64,000 bases of DNA. Origin: Craspedostauros australis. Its lineage: Eukaryota. The notes beneath the pieces are model-generated. The model made no database searches. It worked only from the letters and a program-made list of their open reading frames with translations, and had not been told where the DNA came from. Shown here one piece after another: positions 25,645 to 38,500 of this stretch (position 1 is its first letter; every line of letters begins with the position of its first letter). The stretch lies in the NCBI GenBank assembly GCA_030167865.1, contig JALAGF010005397.1, forward strand, positions 1 through 64,000. The letters run 5' to 3'. The translations under genes and the position numbers were made by a program.

Positions 25645-28600
25645 ATGAAAGGCAACCAGGGTCTCGAAGCACTGGCTGCTCTTTGCGGTGGTCAGCGAGA
25701 TGCTGTGGCGACGGCTGCTGCCGCGAACGGAGCAAACCCTGGGGATGCGAGAGCGGCTAACGGCGGGAGAGCCCCGGCAGGAGCTCCTCCGGCCACAACC
25801 ATGGCCGCTGCGCAACAGCAGCAACTGCAGATGCAGCACCAACAACAGCAACAGCAACCACTGACTTCGACTTTGGCAGCTACCGCGCCTCCAGCAACCG
25901 CAGGCACGCCCGCTGATGTGGCCACAGTCGCTGCACAGCAGATACAGCAAGCACTACTTGCCAAGGCCAGTGCGACAGCCATTCAACAGCAACAACAACA
26001 ACAACAGGGTGTTGCAAACTTTACTGCCCAACAGTGGCAACAGGCCATCAGCGCATTGCAAGGTGGTGTCACCCAGAATGCACCCATCAATCCTGTCCTG
26101 GCTGCTCAGAACCTACTTCTTCAGGCAGGCGCAGCCGCAGCAGCTCAACAACAGCAACAGAAGCAGCAACAACAGCAGCAGGCACAGCAGCAGGTACAGG
26201 TGCAACAGCACGCCGAGATGAACCAATCCGTCCAACAGCAGCTCGCCTACTTGCAGTACATTCAGAACCACACGAAGGCGCTCCAATCCATAGGCTTGGC
26301 AGGTGCTCCGGCCGCGCCCACCCCCACGGCAGACCCCAACACCCAGGCCTTGGCAATCGCCCTCGCAGGCAAAATCCAACAGCAACAACAAGCAGCAGCC
26401 GCAGCGGCGGCAGTAGCAGCCATCGGTAAGTACCTCCATCCCGCGCGATCGCATCACGCATTGTTGAGCGAGTCTGCGTTGTTGTTCTGAGCGAATGGTT
26501 GATTGATTGCTTGACTTGTACGCGATGTTTGCTACTTGCTGCTCCACATACGCTTGATGTGCTCCGGGAGCACTCTGGATACAACCCAGGACAGGTTCCG
26601 CCACCCCAAGACCCCACCGTCGCACGAAACGACAAGCCAAGATGTGTCATCCACAATCAGAGCGGATGTTGCAAATCGCACGGACGAACGGCGCCCCCAC
26701 AACCAGCAACCACAACAGAAGCATGGCTTCGAGGCTTGCATGGGGAGGATATCGCCAACCCGGAGGCCGTCTTGGGACGCTCCAACACGCCCCAAAGCAC
26801 GATCGAATCTCCAGGTTGCCACCAACATCATGCAACCAGACCGACAACCACACCGTCGCAACACCACAACACACACCACACAAGGGAACACAGGACGGGA
26901 CAACAGAAGATCCCTCTGACACCAGATCATCCCGCCAGCAAACACCGCCATGGCCGAGGAGCATGCTATTACCGTTGGGCTGTCCTGGCCTGGTTGCCTG
27001 GTGACACTCGGCACGCGGTACTTCCCCGTGCTGATTGCTCCTCTACCCATGAGCAGTTGCCAGCCCCAGTTGTCACCATGAAGCAGCAGGCTGGGATACC
27101 AAATGGTACCTGTTCTCCAGCAATCCTCCGCACTTAACGATCAAGACAGCTGACGTGGATGATCTTGTCCACGGCATCGATTTGGGGCGATCTGATTGGC
27201 CGGAGCGAATGGAACCCTGTCGCTCTTCAATGTTCGCAACAATGCGCCGAAACCCCACCACCTGGCCTCACCTCCTGTTTGTTGTCACTTTTTTTGTCCC
27301 CGCCTCGATACAAAAATCAAATCCCGTTGATACCGAAAACCGATTCTTTGCTCTCCCCAAACAGCATCGCACTCGCAGCCTCAACCACAACAGCAGCAGC
27401 AGCATCACCAACATGCGCAACAGTTCATCCAGCACCCGCCGCAACAACAGACGGAGCTGGCATCTGGCCGCGCCAGTATTGTTGTGCCAAAACCGTCCCA
27501 GAACGCGACACAGCCGGCGTTGAAGGCTGCGGTTGCCGCTTCGGCTTCGGCCGCCAAGAGCAATGTCACGATCAACGGCACCGCAAACCATCATCCAAAG
27601 CAGCAGACTCCTCCAGCAGCAGCTGGGGCAATGATACGCGCACCACAGAAGATGCTGACCTCTTCTGCCAACGGGACCAGCACCGCGAGCAACAAGGCCA
27701 CGAGCACCAGTGCCAGTGCGGCTGGCAAGACCCGCGTTGTCGGCAACGCCAAGAACAAGGGCAAGGTCAGCAGCAACAACCATGCGACATCAGCGACAAC
27801 CACATCAGCCACTGCCGCTGGTACCCCAGCAACTCCAACGCCACCAACCACAACAACGATCGGCACTCCGGCTACCGCCGCGATGACATCGCACACCAGC
27901 AACAACAGCGTCAACTCGACGGCCTCCACGACAGTTATGCGAAACGCCCCATCACCGAACAACGCATCCGCGTCCTCCATCTCGTCAATCTCGACTAGGA
28001 AGGCGTTGCCGTCGCAGACAAGCCAATCCCTCCCCGCGGGCCTTCCGGCAGCAGCGCTAGCGGCATCCGGCCTGTTGACCCAACAGCAGCAGCAGTTCCA
28101 GCGTCGCCAACGCCAGCCAAAGCAGCGACAAAAGCGGCAGCAGGTTCCGCCGCCTGTTCAGGTCCAGCCGCACCACACTACCATCGCGCCAATGCCTGGG
28201 ACGATGTCGATCAACGGAACCATCCTTCCGACGTCAGCGGCGGCGGCAGCAGTAGTGGCCGCAACCGCGAGCAACGCCGAAGTCGGAAACGTGCACGGTC
28301 ACGGTCACGCCGGTGCCCATCACACCGGGGTTGTGACAGCGTTTGTCGAGGAGAAGAAGGAGCAGAAGAGAGCGGCGAATCGCAAGTCCGCCCAGCTCAG
28401 TCGCAAGCGCAAGAAGCAGTTCATCGAAGAGCTGAAGGAGGAGAACGACGACCTGCGCCGCAAGGAGCAAATCCTCAAGAGCATCCCGGACCTCATCGTC
28501 GTGTTCGACTCATCGGGCAAGCTCTGGTTCGTCTCGCAGTCCGTCTCGCGCTTCCTCAGCATGACGCCGGATGAACTGGAGGGGACGTCGTTCTGGGACC

Positions 28601-29403
28601 GGTTGTGCGAGGAGTCAGTGCGCCTCCTCAAGGCCGCCTTCATGGACTCTCTCGCGTCACGGAAAAATGACACCGACACGGCTCCGTTGGGATCGGGGGT
28701 TTGGGAGCTCAGGCTGGTTGACAAGGACAACACGTACAAGGTCGTCACTCTCAATGGTGTAGTCCACTTCTCCGGATCCTCGCCCGAATGCGTGTGCTGC
28801 ATCCGACCAAGGGACCCAGAGTATGTCATACCGTTGCGAAGCAAGCACCATCCCACCAAGCAGGCCAAGCTCATGCTCTCGGCCAAGCTGTCCCCAGAGG
28901 TTCCCAGGCAGCAGGCACAGCAGCGTGAACAGCTGGCGGGAAAGTTGCACACATCCAACACTGTGTCCAGCAGCGACGGTTCAGACTACACACCCAAGCA
29001 GCCTCAAACTGCGGAACCAAGGATGATCAATCCTCAGATCATCATCAAGCCAAGCCAAAGCGTCCTCCAAGGCAACGACGCAAGCAACACCAGCAGCAAT
29101 AGCAGTGCGAATGGCGAAACGACAAACGAAGAAACCGTGTCGGCCTCGGGCGGCAGCGGAACCGATGACAATAACACGGGCAATGAAAATGGCATGGCGG
29201 GCAGCATGAAGACCGAAGCCGCCAACAGCATTGGCAGCAGCAGTAGCAACAACGCGAGCGGAGTGGAAGACAATGATGTCGAGGACGACGACGAGGACGA
29301 TGTTGATGAAGCCAGCACAACCAACAACCACGCAAGGACCCACAAGAACCGGGCCATTCATATCAGTGACGGAGACAGCGAAAGCGTCAGCGACGGCATT
29401 TGA
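25645..29403 (+). CDS. bZIP-PAS transcription factor with poly-Q/A N-terminus, 2 exons
   Basis: Exons 25645-26425 and 27365-29403 (phase-1 intron, G|GTAAGT...ACAG|CA; 939 aa). Basic region KRAANRKSAQLSRKRKKQFIEELKEENDDL is followed directly by a PAS domain (ILKSIPDLIVVFDSSGKLWFVSQSVSRFLSMTPDELEGTSF). No LOV NCRFLQ motif. Confidence 0.88.
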
Positions 29404-29430
29404 CGACATTTGACGACATTTGACGATATT
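29397..29430. repeat. Tandem 10-mer (CATTTGACGA) x3 overlapping the bZIP-PAS stop codon
   Basis: Read directly from the sequence. Confidence 0.85.
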
Positions 29431-30053
29431 CATCGACGGGTCCAACTACGACCGACTAAAACAACAAGGGGACAGGGTAGATTCAGGGAAGTCTTCAACA
29501 CTCTTCATGACACAATACAGGAGGCACTTCCATCGAATGTCACGCACGCTGCTCTGGATGTGAAGCTGCGTCCATACACAGCCTCCAGAAGGACAACGAA
29601 GCATGTTCTTCAGCGTCAAATTAAGCGGAACTGCACTGCTCGCTGTGCCTACCTGCCGAAGGCGTGGCAGCGAAGATCGCCTCGATGGTGTCGATGCCTC
29701 GCGCCTCGCAGGAACAATGTGTCAACATTGCATTCACACCGATTCACACACATCATTTTATATTCGATGTACATACTAGTACGCATTATACTGAGCTCTC
29801 ACAGCCCTCGTGGGTTACTTACTCGTGCACTCATCTCTACTCCAATGGCGCACAGGCCTGCCACCACACGACAAAGCAGCATCGTCCAGCCATCCATCGT
29901 GCCTCGCTCCGAGACCGAACCACTGCACTCATCCATCTTTTTATGGGGCAAATGGAGAGGACACCAATACCAATACCAGTCGCGTACACTGAGCCTAGCA
30001 CGTTGCAATTATACCTCTACTTGCCTATTACATTGTGTTATTACTTTTATCCG

Positions 30054-31646
30054 TTACAACGGTGAAAAGTGGTGAAAAGTGCTCTGTCCGGTCGCCTCCA
30101 CTTCGTGCTGCAGCATCCGCAAGGCTTCATGCCTGTGCCGTCGCCGCTGTCTGGGGTCTCCACCTGCCGCAGCCACTGCTTTGGCAGAGGATGTTCCGAG
30201 GACGAGCTTGTCGCCGAACTTGATCTTTTTCGTCGCCACGACTTCCAGCATCATGCCCATCGGAGTTTGGGTGGTAGGATCGATGTAATTCGGATGAACG
30301 ATCAGCTTGCAATTGGCGCTGTTGCTGCCATCGGCGCGGGCGTACAGCGCGATATTGCCTGCCAGCGAGAGCACGGCGATATCGTTGTAGGAAGCGAACC
30401 GGTCCACACGCGTGTGGTCGCTGGTGACTCCTTGAAACTGGACGATCCAAGCTTTGTGCAGCTCCCGCGAGCTGCGGATGTTGGTCTGCTGGGGCCTCGT
30501 GAAATCTCCCCAACGCAACAGCAACGGCTCGAGAGCTGAGTTCTGAAAGATGGCGGACGTGACGATGAGGGCGGGCGAGATTTCGATGCGCTGTCCCTTG
30601 GCGATGGTGTACTTGGACTTCTGATGCTGGTGCATCTTCGCGGTGACATTGTGCACGCCGGCGTCGACATCGAGCAGGGTGTGTCTGTGAATCTCCGTGT
30701 AGTTTTCGTGGTGCTCGCGGTAGAACTCATCCATCACAGGAACGACATGCGACTTCCAGGTATCGTAGCTCATTCCGGCCTGGCTCGAGGAGCAGTACTG
30801 GGCCTTGTACTGGTCAACAGCCTGCTTGGCGAATTTGTGTGTTCGTCTGAATTTTTGAAGTCGTCGCTCGCTCTTGAAGTCATCCTTATCATCTTTGTCG
30901 CCCACATCGGCATCGGCATCGGTACTTGCACCTGATCCGAGTTGCACATTCGGATCCCCTCCTGCCATCTCGAGTTGTCTCTTGTGGAACCAGAATCTGC
31001 CGTCGCTAGTCCCTCCGCCGTAATTTGTGAACAATTCCTCCCCAGCCTGGATGGGTCGCCTGGCGATGAATCCGCAGATGGATGTTGTCGTATCCGCCGG
31101 TGCCGTGAGGTTGCGAGTGTCAAAATGGTGACGGCCAACCACATCGTAGTACGTTGGCTCCACTCCGAAGCATGTGAATCGCATGTTGGCCGAATTGGGA
31201 TGATGATTTATATAGGATCCATACCCAAAGAGCATAACGGAGCGCGACACAGCTCTGCCATCGAGGTAGGTGGTGTCCTGGTTGCGCCGGTAGTTGTTCT
31301 CCCGTCCAGAGTAGCGATGGTACTCGTAGACGTAGTCGGCTAACACGGTGGATTTGACTTCGGCCGACATGCCCGAAAACGTGAGCATGAGAGGCGGCAG
31401 CTCAATGAATTCGTTCTCGTCCAGGTCTCGGCCCGCGAAGACGCCCCATCCGACACTCTCCAGGGTGGATGGTGCCAAGAACAAGGCACATCGGTCATCG
31501 TCGTTGGCACTGTCGGCATTCCCGCTGCCTCTCGAGAAGAAGCCGGCTTCGGAGGTACGCACAAGTGCAGCCATGCAGAGCAGCACGACGGATGCGGTGG
31601 ACATCCACGACGGACGGCGCCCGCGGGGATGAGACAGCACAGTCAT
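30054..31646 (-). CDS. Secreted/ER-targeted SET-domain protein (bacterial-type SET) with a second, degenerate SET-like domain
   Basis: First ATG at 31646 (or 31604). Signal peptide VVLLCMAALVRTSEA. SET1: CALFLAPST, GWGVFAG, FGYGSYINHH, IQAGEELFTNYG. SET2: IAKGQRIEISPAL...ANCKL...VVATKKIKFGDKL. Confidence 0.82.
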   Translation of the reverse strand: MTVLSHPRGRRPSWMSTASVVLLCMAALVRTSEAGFFSRGSGNADSANDDDRCALFLAPSTLESVGWGVFAGRDLDENEFIELPPLMLTFSGMSAEVKSTVLADYVYEYHRYSGRENNYRRNQDTTYLDGRAVSRSVMLFGYGSYINHHPNSANMRFTCFGVEPTYYDVVGRHHFDTRNLTAPADTTTSICGFIARRPIQAGEELFTNYGGGTSDGRFWFHKRQLEMAGGDPNVQLGSGASTDADADVGDKDDKDDFKSERRLQKFRRTHKFAKQAVDQYKAQYCSSSQAGMSYDTWKSHVVPVMDEFYREHHENYTEIHRHTLLDVDAGVHNVTAKMHQHQKSKYTIAKGQRIEISPALIVTSAIFQNSALEPLLLRWGDFTRPQQTNIRSSRELHKAWIVQFQGVTSDHTRVDRFASYNDIAVLSLAGNIALYARADGSNSANCKLIVHPNYIDPTTQTPMGMMLEVVATKKIKFGDKLVLGTSSAKAVAAAGGDPRQRRRHRHEALRMLQHEVEATGQSTFHHFSPL

Positions 31647-33518
31647 TGATCCAGCCCGTCGTCGGCGTCGTCGACGCAATATGGGTGGATTTGCGTCAGT
31701 CGTTGCTTGTGACAGTCTCAGCAGTGTTTGGGGCACTTCTGCGCAGGATGGCGCTGGACTTCACAGATGTCGTGCAGATGTGGTTGTTGTGGCACGGGAG
31801 TGATAACGTTATTTGGTGATGACTCGTCTTGCTTTGTGATGTGTTGCGGTGTGATGTCCAACCATTGGCATGTGATATACTATATTGCGGGAAGTGCGAC
31901 GATCTAGAGCACAGCGTTCTGGTATGCCCAACAGGCCGATGATTAATGGATGATTGACGATGAACAATCGGGAGGTTGAGTCTGAGTGTGAGGCTGCCGA
32001 TGGAGGACTGGCACGAAGATCGGATCCGTCGGCGTTTCGAGAACAGCGGAAATGACCCTGATCTTGTCGCAGACGATTGGTGGTGACTGGCCGTGGATCG
32101 CAGGTTGCGGTTTATCCTTTATCTTTCTTCTTCACTCACTCTGTCGTTCCGGGCTTGGAATGCAGTACTGGTACGGTGGATGTTGTGTTGTAATATATTA
32201 TTGTATAATGTGTACCACAAGAAAGATTGTCTGGCAGGTTGTGGGTTGATTCTGTGCGCCGCCTGAAATGATCTTTGGCGTCGGATACCCGTGTTGAGGT
32301 TTTGCGTGGTTTTCTCGCACAGTGTTTTGTCGTTGTGTGGCCCATGACCGACGCAGCAAAAACAATAAAAACGTGGGTGGCGGAACAACGTTGCCGCGAT
32401 TTCGTGACGGTGGAAGCGCTCCGCCAACTATTTGGAGCACGGACAGAGTACCCGTACTGTCCACGAGGAACATACCCCATTTGTGACCCACGGTGGGCCA
32501 GCGGATCCATTTGCCACCCTTCGTCGCCACGATCCAAAAAAGTAGCCGGAGGAACAAATGAGGGACCGGAAAAGTGCGTCGCGGTTGTGGTGGAGGAAAG
32601 GATCATTTGCCCTTCGTGGAACTTGCATCACTACGAAACCGTGTCGAACAAAGAACATGGCCAACGCAGGAGACGCGATTCATGTGCACGTTCCCAACCA
32701 GAGAGTTCTTGGTTTGCCAACGGTGGTGTTCGCGGCGACATGTCAACACGACATCATGACACGTTCTCCATCATGTTCCAACGGAGAAAATGTGTCTTTT
32801 TCCACCTCTCCTCCTCGGCAAACTGCATCATCTGCTCCAGGATCCAGTGCAACATGATGAAGTTAGATGCATCAACCCAACACGAGAGAGGATGAGTTGA
32901 TGAGCAATCATGTCTTGTTTCTGCCCTGCTATGCTCTCCACTTCTCTACTCTACCTTAGGAAGCCTGTTTCGTCGAACTCATCGCGATTCTCGTCGCTGT
33001 TTGGTGATGCTCTCTGGTCGGCATCAAAGCGTTCTCATGTTGCTTGCTGCATCTCCATCCATGACTGACGATCCATGGATGAATCTGTTTCTTTGGATCC
33101 AATTCTCTCGTTCTCATCGCGCCGACCAACGCTTTCGAAGCCTGTTTGAGAAGCTCCAACCTCGGCCTGGACCTTGGCAGACCGACGAGCTGCCAAAGAA
33201 ACAAACAGCGGTGTCGTTGATCGCCAACTTCATCATCTCATCTCATCAAGAGTTCAATCATCATCCAATTCTCTGGTCATAGCAGCTTGTCGGATTTGTT
33301 TTCGATGTGCCGAAATCGCGAAGTTCGAGTTGTGTTTGTTCACAGATGTTCAGAGAGGTTTCTTTCCCGATCGGGGCAAAAGAACCCACAAAGAAACGGT
33401 TCTTCCTGTTCTTTTCGGGGAGAGCCACTCGACAAGCTCGACCACAATTGAAAGTGCTACTACGACCGCTTTGACCACATCAGAACAGTTTCCCTGACTT
33501 CATCGACCAACGTTGATG

Positions 33519-33526
33519 TGACGTCA
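33519..33526. promoter_or_regulatory. Perfect CRE palindrome TGACGTCA
   Basis: About 280 bp upstream of the ATG at 33807. The motif is seen directly; function is inferred. Confidence 0.35.
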
Positions 33527-33806
33527 TTCGGAGGAAACCACAACGATCCGAAACACGACAATTCGAGACAATCCATCAAGCAAAAAGATCGACCATGGCG
33601 ACACGCAATCCTCCTCCATGTCTTCAACAACGGCACCTTCGTCTCTCCTCTTGCCTCTCGGATACCCTGCTGGCCAGTCGCATCGTTCGTACAACCCATC
33701 CTTGCTGCAGCAAACCTCAAAGGACAAACTCGTACGAACAAGACTCGCCGCAGCAACGACAGCAACAACAGCACCGACAGCAGAGCATCACCCACACAGC
33801 GCAACG

Positions 33807-35077
33807 ATGCAACGGATAGCCATGATTTCGCACTGCCTTGTTGGATTGATCATCGCCCATGCGACATCCAATGTCAGCTCCTTCGTGATGCCAAACAGCC
33901 AGGGTGCTGTCAGATCGGCGTTGCCCACAGCTGCAGCACCGTCAACGCTGCTGGCGGCATCATCGTCCAACACGAACATCGGCAATAACAACGGCAACAG
34001 CAGTGAAGGCCTTGGCGCGTGGATGAAGAATGCGCGATCCAACGCGGTGGCAGCAGCATTCGCAGTCTCCATCGCGACCGCGACAGCATCTTCCCTTGCC
34101 ACCGTCGCACCAGCCTACGCCTACGAGGATTCCGACTACGCCAGTGAGACCGTGCAGGAGACGATCCAGAAATTGAAGGCCGCGGCTGGAAACTCACAGG
34201 CCACCTTCGATGCTTACGAAGATATCGCCAACATCATCACGGAAGGCAGAGGCGTTGGTGGAATGATCAACTACCGTACGTGCTATTTCTCGTAGAGTAC
34301 AGTCTGCTGTGTCTACGTTGCTTTGGCCGTGCATCGTTGATGCATTGCTGATGCGTTGTTCATCTATTTGCTTTACTCTATTGCAACTTATCTTCATGAA
34401 GACAAGGCTGGCAACATCGCATCCTTGTGAGGTCGATCAGAAGATCCCATGTTGCATCCGTCATTCACCCAGTGCCTAACTCTTGCTTTCCGCTAACCCG
34501 CCATCTGCAACCATGCTGTCTTGTTTGTGCTTGATGAAATCTGACTTCTAACGACACCAATCACATGCATAACATCATGATGTACTCCGTGGTGACGATA
34601 TTCCGAACGCACCTGCCGACCATTGCATTCGGTCATCCGATACAAAAAAATCACTCGAACGAAAACACTGACGCATTTGATACATCATAACTACCAACAG
34701 AGGGCATCGCGCTGGAACGTGGTTTCATCGCGGATGAGGATACCACCATCTACAATCCAGGACTGACGCTGTTGACAGAAAGCGAGAAGGAACGTCTCGT
34801 GGAAGCCATCATCGATGTCCGCAAGGTGGGATTGCAAAACGATGCATGGGCGGAGAGCAACGAATTCGCCTTCGAATTCTTGCGAGAAAAGCTGGATCCA
34901 TTCCACCTTCAGGAGCTTTCAGGGTACCTCAGCATCATGCCATTCTATGCCGCATTCTTGTACATCGTGGTGCTGGGCATCCAGCAGTTCGCCAGGAACC
35001 TGTTCGTGCCTGCCTACTTCATCGCTGTCGGCGCGTTCTTCCTGCCAATCGTCGCGCTTGTTGCTATCGGACCATGA
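33807..35077 (+). CDS. Thylakoid-lumen-targeted protein with two C-terminal TM helices, function unknown, 2 exons
   Basis: Exons 33807-34275 and 34701-35077 (281 aa; MINY|QGIALERGF). Signal peptide ends VSS-FVMP, then a transit peptide, then a hydrophobic lumen signal ending PAYA (AxA). Confidence 0.82.
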
Positions 35078-35560
35078 GAAGCGTGCCCGTCACCATGACA
35101 CCATCGTCGAAGGTTGGCTGTTACCGTCTAGCCATTTGAAGCACACCATTCGGACAGAGAATTAAAAAGTCCAGTATTCTGCGCTCTTTATGCCACACTT
35201 GCAGATGCAATACGAGTAGATATAGCATGTTTGTACCAACCATGTACGACACCATACTTGCCGTGATGGAAAGATGCATTCTACTGTGGCACTCAACCTT
35301 GTTTATTCTATTGCATGGTTTGTTCGTGCCGGCTGGTGGCGCACCGATCGCACAGTGAGCTTTGATCTTGTCAAGATGATCCTTCCGTCCTGGAGAGGGA
35401 ACAGCATGATGCGAGTATGTATGTGTGTGTGTATGGCCCGTATGTCAGGCTATGCTATCATTGTGGAAGCGAATGCGAAAGTCAGGCGACGACGTCTCCT
35501 CTGACGAAGCAATCGAGTTCTGAGCAACCTGATACGCACGGCAGTCCGTTGATCGTCCAT

Positions 35561-38500
35561 TTACAATGATTCCTCCGAGTCTGTGATGTCGGCAGATCGG
35601 AAGAAGACATCCTTCGACGGAGGGAATGGCGGCGCGCTGATCGGGTCGATACCATGCAGCCTCGTGCCGACCAGCATCTGCTCTGGCAGTTCATCGTCGG
35701 TGTTGCCCTGCACGACGAATCCAAGATCGAGAGTGAGAACCTGCGTGTACGCTCTTGCCACGGACAGGATTCCGCGAGCCGCGGAGGATGACACGATGTC
35801 GAGATCCGCCTCAAGGTACAGAGCTTTCCCTTTCTCCGCTGGCTGGTAGATGTACGTGACAGGCAATTTGGTTCCCAGAATGGCTGGCTTGCCACCGACG
35901 GTCGTTTTCACAATCCATGGCCCTTCCACGACGATGGGCACGATCTTCAACACCTGATCCTTCTTCTTGTCTGATGCCTGCAGGTACCGGGCAACGCACC
36001 GATCCGAAGGTGACATTCCCTTGAGAGACGGAAGGCTAGATTTGTCGAAGGCAGGATCGTAGCATGCCTTGATGAATGGAATGAACCGTTCTGGGATCTC
36101 AAAGTACGCCAGCAAAACACCCCACGGGAGACGGAAATTGATGATGAAAGTCGGCTTCTCTCGCAGGTTTCCACCGAAGACTCCGCGGTTGCTGTGTGAT
36201 TGTTTTATGAGTATTTGAGCAAGGCAGGTTGTTGACCATCGGCGCACAGGTGGTACGAAGTGCAGCATCACATTATGTGGCATCACGTGGTGCGGCATGA
36301 ATTGGGCGATGCCATACCACATATCACAAAGAAAAGTGGGGGGTATCAAGTGGCAGTTGGTGTGAGCGTTCCAAACGAAATGACAAAACACACACGCGCA
36401 CACAACACCGCACAAAAGAGCATCCCCATGATGCACGAGGACGCCCACAGACGGCTGCGTCTGGCAGCATGATAATCGCCCGATGGATTCAGCAACACCG
36501 CTGCAAGTAGCAGGAAACATTTGGTGACCTACCTTCCAGCATTCTCCGGACAAGTGTCTGTGAGGAACAAGTCGACTCCGCGGATGGGGAAGATGAAGTC
36601 CCCCGACGGGAACTTCTTGCGATCGCTCAGATACTTTGCGCCGCGCACGTGGAAGTTGCTTGGGTCCGGCTCTGAGTAGCAGTTCAGATGGGTTCCCAGC
36701 TTGGCGCCCTGGGGGAACTTGGGCATCGGAGATCTGTTGGCCTCCATCAGGACATCCTCGGCATCCTCTTGGTCCATATCCCCAGGCACGTTGAAATTGA
36801 AAAGAGCGGACGAGCGTCGCGTGGAGTGGGGCATCGCAGCATCAAGCTCGGCTGTGGTTGACATGGACTTGACCAACAGAAGGCGTTCATGATCGGACCT
36901 GGAGAGGTTGCGCTGGCTGGTTCGTCGCAACGCCATTGGTGTGACGCCGACTTGTGCCACTCCTGGTACGGGACTGTCGACACCGCCGACCATGGGCCTA
37001 GGTGTGTGCAGGCCGATGCAGAAGGCGGAGAAAATCAAGAGCAGCTCGATGTCAAGATCGACGCGAACTTCCAGCTCGCCGGTGGCTCGCAAAAGCATGA
37101 TTGATGCGATGGATATGGCGACGAAGACAATGGGGCTGTTCTCCAGAAGATTTCCGATGAAGCTGGTGCCGGACGAGGTGAAGCTTGGCGTGGGTCTTGA
37201 GTAGTTGGGAACAAGCTCCACCGGTGACCTATCGTCGTCGAGAAGCAAGTTCGCCTCGGTTCCCATCTCCTTCAATTCGTCGTCGTCTTGCACGCGCAGC
37301 GAAGGTCTTCGCCGCTGCTTGCGGGTGTAGGGCACGACCGGTGAGGCCAAGGCGTTGCGTGCGCTGACCTTCGACCGGCTGCCATCCTTCTTGTTCGGCG
37401 CCAGTGCTGAGTCGCGATCATCCACGGAGATGCTTGGCGCCATGAGACTTTCCATCCCCTTTCCGATCTTGTCGGATATCTCCTCCACCTGCTTTCCAAG
37501 ATTGCGAGCGGCATCATCGAGGAAGGGGAGCTGGTCCTGCCCTCCAGTCTTGACTCTTGGCTTGGATCCGTTGCTTTTGGGAGAGAGTGGCGAGCCTTTC
37601 GTGAAGGATCGATTGCGCTTCGCCTTGTTCTGCTTCGAGCTCTTGCCTCCCCTCCCGCTCTTGCCGCTCTTCGCCGAACCAACGCTCGCGCCAGAAGCTG
37701 TTTCATCCACCTCCTCGCAATGATCCGACAGGAAGAATGTTTCGATTGTCTCTGCGACCAGTCTGAGGAAGGGGTGGGACTCGACCTCATCAGGGAAGTA
37801 GGCAAGTGTCGCGTCCAAGATCTCGTTGATGATGTAACTCCGCTTCTTCGCGAGGGCCTTCACGTAGAGGTAATTGACCTGCGCAAATGGTGGATGGGAC
37901 GAGAAAAGAAGGAGGTGCATGGCAGAAGTGCAATTCATGTAGCGCAGAGGAGAGGAGATTGTCCGTGTGTGTATGTGGCGCACGACCAATGGAGAAGGTG
38001 GATGTTTGTGGACGACATGGTGCAGAGGAAGAGAGAGACAGAGAGAGGGTTAACACTTCTTGTGTTGACACAAAACGAACGCCACGTTGAAGCATGAGCG
38101 CATCTCCACGCACACATTCGCGAGCTGCAGACCCAGGCGTGTTGTTTGAATGTTTGAGTTCATTGGCATGCAGTGGATTGCATGCGAAATGCAGCAACAT
38201 GGCACGCGTGCAGAATGATGCAGTACTGTGTAGTACTGTGCAGCCGTCCATTTGAACTCACCTTGCCAAGGTACTGCGTCTTCTGAGATTCCACCAAGTG
38301 AACGACGGTCTCGCAGTACTGCGCCACCTTCTGCATCTGTTTGGACATGTCCTCAGTGCCCGACGTGACCTCATCCGCCGCCTTCTTGAGCTGGTTTCCG
38401 AGGGTGCGAAAGGAGCTGAAGGTCTTGGACAAGAGGAAGTTGTCGATCTTCGGCGACGGGGCGACGGGCGGTGGAGGCGTCGACTTGCCCCAGGAGACGG

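Noticed and set aside
26426..27364. ORFs or a snoRNA inside the long bZIP-PAS intron and the Ran introns
   Set aside because: No protein motifs, and no convincing C/D or H/ACA box arrangement found by eye; an Rfam/Infernal scan would be decisive.
27484..29403. Aureochrome (bZIP-LOV) call
   Set aside because: The PAS domain lacks the GxNCRFLQ flavin-binding motif.
29410..30075. 221-aa ORF downstream of bZIP-PAS; likewise 32275-32895 and 6526-7164
   Set aside because: UTR or intergenic composition and no domain signal.
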